Shown here in pieces: positions 27,094 to 40,348 of a stretch of DNA of 64,000 bases. Each line of letters begins with the position of its first letter. Position 1 is the stretch's first letter. Origin of the DNA: Antedon mediterranea (Eukaryota; Animalia; Echinodermata); NCBI RefSeq assembly GCF_964355755.1, contig NC_092674.1, forward strand, positions 8,432,001 to 8,496,000. The letters are read 5' to 3'. The position numbers were made by a program, and so were the translations under genes. The notes below the pieces were generated by a model. It was not told the origin of the DNA. It did no database searches and saw only the letters and a list, made by a program, of their open reading frames with translations.

Positions 27094-27843
27094 GTCAAAA
27101 TTATTCTACGGCAGTATTTACTCCAATAACGTCGGGCCAATTTTTCAGTTGACGCAGTTAATTAAGCGTATGCCTTGTCTCTTACGATTATGTCACTGTC
27201 AGTAGAGCCAGGTGTCGAGTTGAAAATATACCACGTCAAACCATAACGAACGAACGAATGTATTTCTTACGATTGAAGTAAAATGGAATAGCAGGAAATG
27301 ACAATATTGTAAGAAACACAAAGTTGCACGCTTCAGGGGTCTTCTCATCAAAATGGCGTTAATGTGAATTAATGATTACCTTACCGATATATTTTTCTTG
27401 TTTTCAACATTTTCTATTTTTGCTTTCCACAGTGTCCATTTATACGTATACAGTACTCTATATTTTTCAGTTGATTATGGAATAGTGTTTCAACGATAAC
27501 GCCCCTGTCAGAGAGCCAGGTTTCGAGTTAAAAATTATACTTTATAATCTACGTCAAACCATAACAAATAAATAAAACAAATACAAACCAATTTAAATAA
27601 ATAATAATAATATATTTATTTCGTCCAAAATACACAAAATGACAAAACATCTGAGTATACAAAAACAATATACAGAAGAAGGGCAGACACTGAAGAACAA
27701 GTTCATTATTACATCGCCTTAATTCTTGATGTTAATTTTATCGATTATTTTTGATGTAATAATTAAGAATTGAATTATGACTTTCCTTTAATGTAACATA
27801 TTAAAGAGTCGCTATCCAATCGAGTTTGAACAATACCATGAAA

Positions 27844-27915
27844 GCCCCAGTGGTCTAATGGTTAGGGCAACTGCATATCAAGCAGACGGTCTGAGTTCGA
27901 GTCTCGGTTGGGGCG
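27844..27915 (+). pseudogene. tRNA-Asp-like cloverleaf (anticodon ATC), probably the head of a tRNA-derived repeat
   Basis: Acceptor stem GCCCCAG/TTGGGGC; D arm with TGGTCTAATGG; anticodon arm CTGC-ATATCAA-GCAG; T arm CTGAG-TTCGAGT-CTCGG; G discriminator; TTTTT immediately downstream. A degenerate copy with the same flanks is at about 1086-1240. Confidence 0.65.
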
Positions 27916-27967
27916 ACTTTTTCTCATTCTCACAGATTTCCTCATCTTTATCGTTTCAAATTAATTA

Positions 27968-28101
27968 ATTAAATTTCAGTATATCACCGGACGGTTTATA
28001 ATTAATGTTCTTTGCCTGCTTTGTTTATATATATATATATATAAACAAATCAGGCAAAGAACATTAATTCTAAACCGCCCGGTGATATACTGAAATTTAA
28101 T
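27968..28101. repeat. 134-bp near-perfect inverted repeat centred on (TA)n
   Basis: Left arm ATTAAATTTCAGTATATCACCGG...TTGTTT and right arm AAACAAA...CCGGTGATATACTGAAATTTAAT, with few mismatches. Confidence 0.9.
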
Positions 28102-28311
28102 ATATATATATATATATATAATATATATATATTAAACTGTACTTTGAAAGAAAGTATATGTTGCTAATTTAACGATAAAAAATACATAATTGTTATTGTT
28201 GGCTGCTATCCTTTGTCCGTTGCACTTTCATGTATAACATGGTGTAAGGATCGAGCTAAGTTTGTTGAGAGAAACACATAATTATAAAATGTACATACGT
28301 AAATAATTTTA

Positions 28312-28778
28312 AGCTCTGTCTTCACTATCAGAATTTATGTGACAAACAAATGTGATGTACTCATATTATATATGGAAATGATGATGTCATATCACTACCA
28401 TAATTTAAGCATATCACTACCATATTTGAGCATATCACTACCATATTTGAGCATATCACTACCATATTTGAGCATATCACTACCATATTTGAGCATATCA
28501 CTACCATATTTGAGCATATCACTACCATATTTAAGCATATCACTACCATATTTGAGCATATCACTACCATATTTGAGCATATCACTACCATATTTGAGCA
28601 TATCACTATCATATTGGAGCATATCACTACCATATTTGAGCATATCACTACCATATTTGAGCATATCACTACCATATTTGAGCATATCACTACCATATTT
28701 GAGCATATCACTACCATATTTGAGCATATCACTACCATATTTGTCGAACTAGTTTGATACTATAGTGTATACAGAGCA
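28312..28778. mobile_element. MITE family B copy carrying an expanded 21-bp minisatellite
   Basis: AGCTCTGTCTTCACTATCA ... ATAGTGTATACAGAGCA termini surround the tandem array. Confidence 0.75.
28388..28742. repeat. 21-bp minisatellite (CATATCACTACCATATTTGAG) x about 17
   Basis: Near-identical tandem units; produces the spurious repetitive ORFs at 28339-28752. Confidence 0.97.
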
Positions 28779-31700
28779 TTGGGTGCATTTTTTTTAGTCA
28801 TATTGCAATGAAGGCTGTTTACAAACCGAAAATCAATTTTGTTTTCTTCTTCTCGCGTCTCACATTATGGACCTCCGTCTCACATTATGGACCCCGTCGG
28901 GACATTGGCGTTTGGCGTGCCATATATACTGTTTAGGAAGGTTTATCGCAGTTTAATTTCTGTTTAGTTGTCTTAATTATTTTGCCAGTTAGTCAATCTT
29001 AGTTATTAATAGATTCCGATGACTCATTCTTCTCTGGCCATATCAAATATTTTTGTGACGCCATCGTCTTTTGTTTTTAATTGTCCACGCTTCCGTGGGA
29101 TTATTTGAATTCAGCCGTGAGGCGTCTGATGCACCCCCCCCCCCCCACCCCAGGGCCATAGTATCGTTTTTACACTTTTTTAAATCCCAATTGACTGAAA
29201 ATAAACCGTAAATGATTTCTTGTGTTAGTCATATAGTGAAGTGAAAATGTTATCTGAACTGTTGGCCTAATCTTATACTTTTGTCTCTCTCTCTCCCTTT
29301 TGTGACGTAAGTAAACACCAATTTTATTCTCATTAATATCATATTTCATCATCACCATAAAATCATCATATTATTATATTATTCATTATTATCACATTTG
29401 TGTTAATTTCTAAAAATGTCATTGAAAAAAAATTGATCAACTTCATCATTTTTATTGTAAATTCAAATTGTATTCCATATTACCTCGTTTTTTCATTAAT
29501 GTTCTACACTTACAAAAGAAGTTAGCACAAAGACGATATGCATCGAACTGCATCGTTAACCGTTTTGTTTCCAAACATCGTTATAACATATAATATTATC
29601 CTTATACATTCTTATTGTCATAGGCCAATATCTCATTTTAAAATATTTTACACAGAAATATTGATATTCCTATTGATGTTGGATTTAAAATTACTCAACT
29701 CCTGTTTCATGGGACACTCGCGGGACCGAGTCCCCTTAATAGAGGTTGCCCCGTGTGTTATAACATTATGTCCCTCATTCGTTATCATGATGGCGACAAA
29801 GTCCCCTTCATTATTGCATTTTCCCCCATTCTGCACAATGTAAACGGATAATTGAAATGGAATCTTTGTTTTCCAACCATTTTCTTATGAGTAATTCTCT
29901 AATAACATGCGGGCAGGTTCTTTGTTCACCGACGTAGCATTGCGGCCGGCTGGTCCTGTTCTCAATTAATGATTGATATGCCGTCTATAAATTCTACTGG
30001 TATTTGCGTTTAATCTTTGATCGTTTTAATATGGACAGTCCTCCAAGGCTCTGTTCAAACTCAGTAGTGAATTCAGCCTGAGAAAACTTTAGGTTACGTT
30101 ACGTTTTGAACGCGTAGACAAACACTATATACACGTATTTTTTACGAACTTTTTATCCGGCCCTGGCTATAGAGTCCGAGCTCAGTGTAAACGTAGGCCT
30201 ACCTTAAACCGGGTAGAAGAAACATTATATAAATAGGATTGTATATAAGATTCAAGTATAATATTCAACTATTCTATTGTATTTTAAAAAGCAAGTTAAA
30301 CTTTGTATTGCATATTGTATAATTTATTTACGGTACATTTTTAGTCTTTCATTGAATTTGTTTTACATTCGTGTTTAATAAAAGAGATTTTGTGTCACAT
30401 GTGAACTTCTATGCGTTTACACAGTGCTTATTATGTAATATGCTTCTTTGTAGCTTTTTGGTTTTTTAAATTTTATTTTAAAAAATTGGATTTTATCTGT
30501 GTGAACGCACCCTTATCGTGTGCCACTGTTATAAAAGTGAAATTTTAAATTAAAATTGTTTTATTATATTAAATAATACCGTGACACGGAATATACAATA
30601 CTGCGCTGACGCCCATAAATCTGTTTATATGGAGTGTTATTCAACATAATAAGGTTACATATTTACCCTTCTTGAAAATACAATTCAGCTAGTTAATGCA
30701 TCATATATAAAAGACCCTAATTTAATTATTTCTGCGGTGACAATTTCTTTTGTCGCTTGCACACATTTCCGTTCAAACTCAATACCGTACTGTACTATTA
30801 TACGGTGGAGTGGTGTGTTGAATTAAATATCTTCGATTTCTGTGTTTATCGGAACTTATGAGACGATCCCTTCATATGGTAGTCATTGCTACCTCGTGGT
30901 TCGGCGGCGCAGAAATAAACAGTGTTTATGCGATTAACGAGAGTCGTTTTCGTTTTAGATTCATATTAACTGTTTGCTAGTCAATGTACTAGTTTAACTG
31001 GCTGAGTGATTGTTACATTGTTCAACCGAAAAGGTTACCATTCGAAGCTTTTATTTGGCCATCATCTGAACGCTTCGTCGAAACAATGTTTTACAGGGCA
31101 TAAAAGTAAGTTTTGTCTTTTTTGTTGATTGTTGCTATACTCATAAAGTATCGGAACTGTTGAGGTGGTCCGCTGTCGACCAGGGTTTTTTTTTCATTGG
31201 GGGCTAGATCTGATCTTATGTTTTAAATACTGTTATGTTTATACAACGCTTTTATTAATGTAACATTTTGTATGAATAGGCTGTATACACATACCAAGAT
31301 ACAAACAGTAAAAACAGCCACTGCATAAACTGTATAGTTTAATCCAAAATCGCCATTAAGCGAATTTAGACTTACTAAATGCCCGGCCACAAAACACAAT
31401 GGAGTTTTGTAATTCAATTAACACATGCACTGTTTAAATGCAAAACAACATCCGGTTGTTTTTGTGCTGATGGTACTGCTGCCGTACATTTGTTTAAATT
31501 TGGTTGTTCTGCTGTTTAACCAATCTTGAGCTTTTTAAATATTTCTCTGTGTGAAATTTATTTGATATTGTTGTATTTGTATACTATTGTTTGTACCGTA
31601 GAATTGAATGTAATAGCTTTAGGCCCTATGGTGTTCCTCTATTTCAAGAGTGAACCAATACATTATCATTATAACTGCATGTGACCTGATAAAGATTGTT

Positions 31701-34376
31701 CATGTTTTCAGTTACACTATTACGTCATTATTTTCAAAAAGCTAAATATGTACGTGTCATCAGCTGTACATGGAGGTAAAAAATAAATTTATAATATTTT
31801 TTATTTCCATGATGATCTGTACGTCTTTTATATACTTTCGAGGAGGAAAGTATCGAATTCTGCTGAACTTCATACCAGAGAGGCCATTCCATCCAATCAG
31901 GGAAGAGAATGAAATTACATAATTTTACTCTTCCCTTGTCGATCCAATAGTGTTACAGTTCTTCAAGCCCGTAAATTGTAGATTTAGGCCTAGACCTCCC
32001 AACCTACTCGATAGTCTGCCTCCTTTCTAAAAATCTCTCGAGGAAAGTGTGTTCAATAGGCCATTTGAATGGCACATACCAGTAATAATTCAGATCAAAC
32101 ATTTGAATCGAAAAAAAAATTACTAGCCTGATAAAACTGTAAATAAAATTGTCAACCGGAAGACCTTTGTCTGCACATTGTAGAATTGGTTTAATTAGTT
32201 TCGTGCTAATTTTTATAGCTCCATGGTTTCGTTAATTCCTCCATGGTCTGGAATTCAATGAGTTGCTTGTTTTTTACTGTTTATTAAATATATATTACAC
32301 ATTTGTATTTGTTCGTTTTCATGTTTCGTAGGACAATACATCTTGAAATACAAATTGAACACCAGCCCTTTAGCCAATCAGAAGCACTGTACTAGCAATT
32401 CGTTGCGGTCAAGTAAAATTCCTCCTCCATTAAAAAAAAAAAGAACATTAGAGAAAAGCTATACGATAATTAACACCGCACTTATTATACTCCAAATGAA
32501 TTTCTTTATGAACCATGGTACTGTGGTATATTGTTATTTGTGTGTAGGATTGTGGGGGGTGGGGGGGGGGTGGTGATGGATCTACAGATTCAAACTGCTT
32601 ACTGTTGCTTTTTCTAACAACAGCAATCGGCCCACGTGACTAGAAGAATAGCTGTGCTCATCTTCAACAACGTGTTGATTTCGATTATGGTGTGTGTTTT
32701 TAAAATAAAATCATGTATTAAATTCTACCTTGTAGGCGTAAACCAAATCATGTAGTGTAGGCGACAAGCACATAACGTTAGAATATATAGTAAAGACGTT
32801 AGTTTTATGGTGATTATAAACACTATACTGCTATTATAGTACTCTATTACATTATAGGCCTATACACATTTTGTTTCATGAGGATTTTTGTATGATATGA
32901 TGTCGTAGGCCGGTTCCACTCTGTATAGGCCTACTTATCCAAACGCTAAACTACGGTTTCATGCCTGTTAACAGACTGAACCCGTAGGCCTAATAAAAAT
33001 AGGTATGTTTAATTTTATATTCGAATAATGTCGTGTCTATATTTTTAACTTTTTCAATCCAATTGTTTGTTGTAGAATAACTGGTTGCACGTAGGCCTAC
33101 TAGGCCTACATTACATCTGAATGTACGGTATCGGTTTTCCAGTGTTCGGTTATCTAGACGAATAGGCATAATATTAATAGCTATATATGCTTATTTTTAA
33201 ATTATTGCGTACGTTTTACCCACCGATAAATGCTAACATAAATAATTTGTCAGGTTGGTAAAGATACAAAAGTCCGCCTTCGAGAGATCCAAACTCATGT
33301 GGACTGTTAACAACCATTTTATGTCGTTTCTCCCAGAAAATCAATAATCTCAGATTCGTTTTATTTGTTGGAAGTTGAATTCAACGAACGAAGCTAAACA
33401 TATATTATTTATTTTTTATATTATTTACACACCTACTACCCTAGAGTAAACTTTTATTCAATTAATCAGACGCCTCCATCTTGAATCGAATGTCGAAGGC
33501 TAGGCCATGTAAACATTCTTATGTTGGCCGCGGGAGGCGATCGCCCGCGGGATCAGAGCAGTTATCCCGGCAGTTATACTCGGCGCACGTTATTTATCTG
33601 CATGTTATTTTCAAGCCTACCGCGCTGCAGCGCAGCACAACAATTTAAGCGCGTGAATTTGTTGAAGTCAAAACTGATGCGTGACACGTGATACGAAATC
33701 AACCAATGAACTGGAAAGATCACTTAGTTTTTATATTATTTCTTGGGAAAATTATATATTAAATACTTTTTTTTTCAATTCGGTGTATGTGTAATGCTTT
33801 ATATGATAAAAAAAGAACATTCAATAATTACAATTTACAATTCTTTATAATCATATTCGACGCACACACTTTTTATTCATTGCAATACATTCAAATACGC
33901 CTACTTTAGGTATATTTGTATAGTGGAAATTATCACTTGTATAAATATTATTCCATAGTCAGCGAACCGGTATTAATGTGTATATTTTTCATGTTACCTG
34001 AACCGATAGAAGTATATTTAGACTAGTATTATTTGGTTCATAATCCCAGAAATATAAATAACTGCAAATGAGGCAAATTATTGAAAATCACGTCACTGAA
34101 TACGTACGATTGATTTAGTCACCGATTGAATTGTTAAAGTATTTTTAGTACATAAAGGAGTTTGGGCGTAATTAAAGAAATAAATAATAGTTATGATAAA
34201 ATATCGAAGAGATAATTAGATTTATGATTGGCTAAACCTGTGGGCCTTTTATATCTTCGTGGTGGCAGAATTTTCCAGCTTCTGTATCGGTCTTCTTTTT
34301 CTTCTTTTTTTTTTACCATTTCAGACAATTATAATTCAATCAAAGCGCGCGTATGCTACATTATGATATTATCTTA

Positions 34377-34523
34377 AGCTCTCTGCCTACACTATCAAAC
34401 TTTATGTGACGAAAAATGTGATGCGCCCCTGACACAATTACGTCATATCACCGCTATATTTGGACTCATCACATTATTTTTCTCAAACTAGTTTGATTAT
34501 GGTTTGATAGTGTAGACAGACCT
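34377..34523. mobile_element. MITE family B
   Basis: TTA|AGCTCTCTGCCTACACTATCAAAC...GTTTGATAGTGTAGACAGACCT|TTA. Confidence 0.75.
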
Positions 34524-34544
34524 TTAAAGGGGAATACGTGCCGA

Positions 34545-34940
34545 CAACATAACATGTCATCCGTAGCTTCTTTTAAATGTTCAATTGGAAGCAATTTCTA
34601 AGCATCAAAACAGCAAACATGGTCGCCATTGAACATGTTTAAACAATAAGCACCAGAACATCACATAACACATGTCATCACTAAACACGCTTAAACAATT
34701 TCTTAAGCATCAAACATCAATAGGCCTACATGTCGCCACGACACGTCTAAACAATATCAAAAAGCACCAAAAAATGTCGCCACTGAACACACGTTTAAAA
34801 TAATTTATTAAGCACTAAAACATCATACACATGTCGTCAAAACACGTCTAACAATGTCTAAACACCAAAACAGCAGTTATGGACACCCTAAACACGTAAC
34901 AATCTCTAAGCACCAAAGCTATAGCGTCTAACAATTCGCA
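34545..34940. repeat. Degenerate ~55-60 bp tandem array (AAACAAT..TAAGCACCAAAACA..CATGTCGCCA)
   Basis: About 6-7 diverged units. Confidence 0.7.
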
Positions 34941-36023
34941 ACAACCAGCATAACGGCCCTCCCCACGAACTCTGAATCATCGCACTGTGGCCGGCACGCA
35001 AACTAAACACGTCATCATCAAGTACTTGGAACTCCTAGACACATCACCATTGGAGACACTTTGGATGAATATTAACATAGTATAGCGTTCAATTAATTCT
35101 CTATTGTCAAGTTGTTGTTTACTAAATCCTATGCCAGACAATTTATTATATGAAAATTAGACAGTAATTGGCCACGGTTTGTGTACAGATTGTTGATTGT
35201 TTGTTACTGCTATTATTATTCATTGTAATTTTCGTTTTAGAACACCTAATTTACTTTGTTGTTTATAGTCTTAAGATTAATGACGCTTGGTTACCGAGTC
35301 GAGTCGACGTCTTCTTTGCTGTTGCCAGTAATTCGTTAGCAATTATCCCTTTATTTCCGCCTTAATAATTCTGTTTTATAGGGGAATGTGCCATATTTTA
35401 TAGGTGACCTATATAGTACAATTATTGTCGTATTTGCATTGCTCATAATTTGGTTAAATCAATATCAATCAATAATTGTATAAAATGTATCGGTTAAATG
35501 TATTATTATTATATTACTTCCCAAAAGACGTACTGTACTTAAATGTAGAAAATTGGTTTAATCTTATGAAAGCGTGTTAAGTTTGTATACTTATTTTCAG
35601 ACAAAAATCGTATGGTATACGTTGGTGGGATAGAACGAAACCGGGAAACCGCAATCACATTGCCTCGTCATTAATGTTTGCCACGTCACGTCATTGCAAA
35701 TACCATCCCCCCTCCCCCACCTCCCCCAAACAAAGAAAAATCAATATCAGGATTTTGCGGAATAACGTTGATAATACTTTGTTCTTATTCACTGCACCAT
35801 TGGTGCCTTTAAATATTAAAACGTAACACATCGGAACTGTGGCTGGTAATCGGTGGCCAAAGCCTGAAGCTATATAAAATTAATTTAATAATTCTCCATG
35901 GTCGGAGTACTTGTTTTGCACGTACGTCCTCTTAACCACCATCATGCAGCCTACCGGAAGTACGTATCATGATGGCGGACGTGACATGACATGCGTACTG
36001 TTAACCATACACATGTTTTCTTA

Positions 36024-36605
36024 AGTTTCTCATTATAGGACGCACGCGCAACGCAAGCGAGGTGACCAATGACAAGCCACTGTTAATCCATCACTTGTGA
36101 TTGTAAAATCACTTACGTTGCGTCGCTAGTGGAAACCAAGCTTTAGTTTGATTTCCCCTAGGACGTAGCAATGTGCGCAATGCAAGTTATTGACCAATCA
36201 CGGCGTGATGGATTATTATGTCATTGCGTTGTGATATTGGTTAACTTACTTGCGTTGTGTCCTACTGAGAAACAAAACGAGTTGACCAATGACAAGCGAC
36301 AGTTCAAATCTATCGCTTGTTATTGGTGGTCTAATCACTTGCGATAAGTTTACGTCCTTGCGTTGCGTCCCAGTGAAAACCAAGCTTTAAAATTATAATA
36401 AATTTACGCAAGTACCATTTTATTGTGGTTCCCATTACAGTTCTTTTGTGTCTGTATGTAACTGTTTAAGCTTGGTTCTCACTAGGACGCAATACAACGA
36501 CGTAACGCAACGAAAAGTGATTTGACCAATCGCAAGCGATGGATTATTCGAACAGTCACGTGTGATTGGTCAACTCACTTGCGTTGTGTGTACGTCCTTG
36601 CGTTA
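36024..36605. mobile_element. Cluster of three or more MITE family A copies
   Basis: Right TIRs end at 36142 and 36386; left TIR starts at 36469; repeated TGACCAATCACAAGCGA-type interiors. Confidence 0.7.
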
Positions 36606-39204
36606 CAGTATTATTCCATAAATTAGGGTTTTAATTTGTTTCTCATCGAGTTTTACAATGGTTCGTGACTGCTCATGCGCGTCCTTACCCTTATCGACAA
36701 TGCGTGTGTACTTTTACACCAAAACGTGACCATCTTGTTTTATAATAGCTATTCTTGCATGTTTGTACGTTAATGGTTTATTATTACAATACGTCTATGG
36801 TTGTTTTTGGTTTTATATTTTGTTAGCTCAGTTTGTTTAGCTATAGTTCGTGATTTTCCATACACGTTTTGAATTATGGTCTTTTACCATTGCTATCTAT
36901 TCTTGTGTTTCATTTCTTCCGTATCTGTAACTCGAAATTCTTCATTCTTGCAATGTGTCTGCTTGTTTTTTTTTCAACCACAAATGTTTCTAATTTTAAC
37001 GGAGGGGAGGGGATTCTGTAATCGAGGGAGACCCTTGTTAGTCCAGGGGGAAACACTGGGAAACCCGGTTGATTTGTACGTTCGCCGGAGTTAATCTTTA
37101 TCCGTATTTGGAGGTTTTTTGTGGCGATAAGAAGGTGGAGACGTGAGACCTCCTTCCTGGGAATCACACACAGTCTGACCTGTGACACATAAACTAGGTC
37201 TGGTCTAGTACTATACTATCCCGTATAAACTACCGTTGTCAATGGCGTGGCTACTCATGGCTGACTGTATTTAGGTACGTATTTACTGACATGGGCATAG
37301 CATTAATATACTGTATTGGATGATGTTGATATTATTAGTAGAACTAGAGAAGACCCTGGCAGTAGAACGCACGCAGTTGTCTCGTGACACTGTTTATGGA
37401 ATCCTTGATTGTCTTTTTTTTTATTGTCTATTTAATCCTCCCGGCACTGATACACCGTTTACACTGTCGCCTACTAACCTCGCCTACTAACCAAGGCTAG
37501 GCCTCACACCACAGAAAAATGTATAGCACACTGTACAGCCTCTGTTATTGTACTGCAGTATGTTTGAAAGAACACGTAAAAATTGGTAGAGTACAGGTAA
37601 GGTACAGTTAGATATGTGGAATCATCAATGGTGAAGGCCAACTGTTCTAGTGGAAGCCAAAAGAAGACCAGGCTGAACTAACTCCGTAAAAAAAACCAAA
37701 CACGGCACTTCTGGAATGGATTTCTGTAAAATGAAATCTGCACATTTATTTCCATGTACAGTATTTGGTTTAAGAATATATTTTTATAAACGATGTTTTG
37801 GTGTTCAACGTTTGCATTTTTAGTTTCTTTTATTGGTTGAATGCATAATTGTTTTCATTCCATACACTGTGATGGTCAGGGTCATTTTGAATTGATTAGG
37901 GTTGCTATTGTTGAAAATTGTCACATGTTGGACGTGGTACCGTATCAGTGACGTAATGTGATATGATGTCACGTCATTTACGAAATGATGGTTTCTTGTT
38001 TGGTATCTGGCGGCGTTTGTTAGTGGTGGAGGAGATCCGGGAGGAGATCCTCCTAATTTAGGGAAGCAGACACATACCACCAATGTGAAGAAGCCGTAGA
38101 CAACCGGACGGGCACAAAGGTGTTAGATTTAACGTTAGTGCAGTTGTTGTGGATGCTAGGGTACTGATAAAAAGAGCATTGTTTGTTTTGTTTGTTTTAT
38201 TAGTTTCTCCACACATTTTAAAATAAAAGATAAAAATTACAAATTGCAAATAAGATGGACACATAACTTAAAGCATTAGTGATTTAGGTCAATGGGAGAG
38301 AGCACGGGGAGACAGACATTCAACCAATCAGTGCCCTCGATGTACTGCATGTAGTACAGAGAAGTGTGGAGATATGTTATGTGACACCACACATTATAGA
38401 ATACGCACCTGATGCTGTGTCGTTAAACGCTAATGTGAGACGGGTTTTTCTACGTATGGGATGTGTCTATTCGTGGTGTCACAGACGTTTAACTGAGCAT
38501 CTGACATGTGAGAATACCTCTGATTTCGTAATATTATAGCACACAAATAATAGCTACGTTAAATGCCAATGAGACGTTTTGTACGCGTACTTTCCGTCCC
38601 AAGCGTTGAACCGAGCAGGTCCTGAGCGGATCGTGTAACGACATTATTAAGAAACCCGTTGTCCTGTGGTTTTCTATTTTGGCGGATATCCAATACCTAA
38701 AGTTGATAATTAAAAAGCGATCTGAATACAGTTTTCGCTTTAGTGTATTTTCTATGAAAACAAAACTAGGAATGTAAATCGGAAAATTGCATGCAGTTGT
38801 ATCTTATGATTTACTTCCGTGTTTATAAATAGATTTCCCATTATATAATTTCTTTAACAAAAATGCTATTTGGACACGCGAATTAGGCCCTATGATTGTT
38901 TACATCCTTCTCGTTGTTTTCTTCGTTTCGTCCCTTTAGATGTCTTGTCGGGTTTGATGTTTTCAATAGAGCTCATTCGTGACGTTAGCATGGCATTGCA
39001 AGTGAGTAGGCCTAACTGTCGCCAATGTTGTTCAATATCTCATAACAGGGTACGGTCTATCGTTTTTATGCTTTTATATTATAGGCTATCTTTGCGAATA
39101 GAATAATTTTAAATATGCTCGTAATGCATTGCATTAGACGGCATCATTTAGTATAGGGTGTATAGACTATGACGCTGCATCGCTGCAGTAGCTACTATCA
39201 CTTG

Positions 39205-39326
39205 CTTTCCCAACAACTGGACGATACATAAGGACGTACGCGCGCGAATGATTTGGTAAAATACTGTTGGTCAAATGACTTGCGTTGCACGTATACGTCT
39301 ACGCGTTGCGTCAGATATGTGGGAAC
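39205..39326. mobile_element. Degenerate MITE family A remnant
   Basis: TTGGTCAAATGACTTGCGTTGC...GTGGGAAC motifs of the family. Confidence 0.45.
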
Positions 39327-39827
39327 TATTTCTTTGATTACGATAAAACTTGAAGCCTACTGGGTATACGTAGTAAAGTTCGTGTATACGTAATAATGTT
39401 ACTTTTAGTATTTACGGATAACGTCGGTGTTTCGAGACTGGTATATTACATTTCTTGATGAGATACGGCACTTAGCGTAGAATGTTCACTTTATCGACCG
39501 CGATGTACTTGCAGTACCGGAATAAGGCATATTTTCATCCACCATGCATAATGTATCATATTATGGGCTAGGATTTATAGCATAAAACTCACTACCAGTT
39601 TTGAAAGAATATTACATATTAAACGTACCACCAGCACTTTCAGTGGAAATGTGTTTTAACATATTGAAACTTGGTATTTTGTCTTTGTTCCTCCATTTTA
39701 TCGATGAATTATATATTTTTATGTGTCTTTTGTACGGTATTGTTCCATTTCTTTTTCAGCGCCACGATGGTTACCGTTTAAACTCGGGAAAAATAACAAT
39801 GTAAAGGCCAAGTGTGAATTTGAATTA

Positions 39828-40242
39828 CCGTATATTTATTTGAATAAACGCCCCGCTTTAAATAAACGCCTCTCTTGAATAAACGTCCCCCATAGAACAT
39901 CGTTTTGAATAAACGCCCCCCCCCCCCCCCCCACACACACACACTTCTAATAAATACCTCGGGGCCTTTATGTATTTCCTCGAATAAACGCCCGGCCACA
40001 TGCATTATATACAGAATACAACACATTTTTATTTGTAGTAGAATATTCATTGATTGACATGATTTACGATTTACCAAGCATTTTGACTTTTTACTGTATT
40101 TTATTCCTTCTCGATATGAATTGTGTTGTATTTTTCACATCTATGAGGTATTTATTTGATTATACATGTTACCATTATTACACTCAAGACGCCGTCCTAA
40201 AAACCCTCAACGCCCTGAGCGTTTTTATTCGAATAAATACGG
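39828..40242. mobile_element. Tc1/mariner(pogo)-type non-autonomous element with CCGTA termini
   Basis: TA|CCGTATATTTATTTGAATAAACG ... CGTTTTTATTCGAATAAATACGG|TA; TA TSD; repeated subterminal GAATAAACGCC motifs. Confidence 0.75.
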
Positions 40243-40257
40243 TAACACATAATAATG

Positions 40258-40348
40258 ACTAGTTTGCCAAAAAAGTGTGATGTGACCATATATGATGGTG
40301 ATGTGACCAAATATGGTGTATATAAAGTTTGATAGTGTAGACAGAGCT
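40258..40348. mobile_element. MITE family B, partial
   Basis: ACTAGTTTG...GTTTGATAGTGTAGACAGAGCT right end. A similar partial copy lies at about 2420-2493. Confidence 0.6.

Noticed and set aside
27844-27915. Functional canonical tRNA-Asp gene
   Set aside because: Non-standard ATC anticodon, purine at position 32, weak D stem and shared repeat flanks with a decayed copy; reported as tRNA-like instead.
28339-28752. Three overlapping repetitive ORFs (YLSISLP, MVVICSN, MLKYGSD repeats)
   Set aside because: Artefact of a stop-free 21-bp minisatellite inside a MITE.
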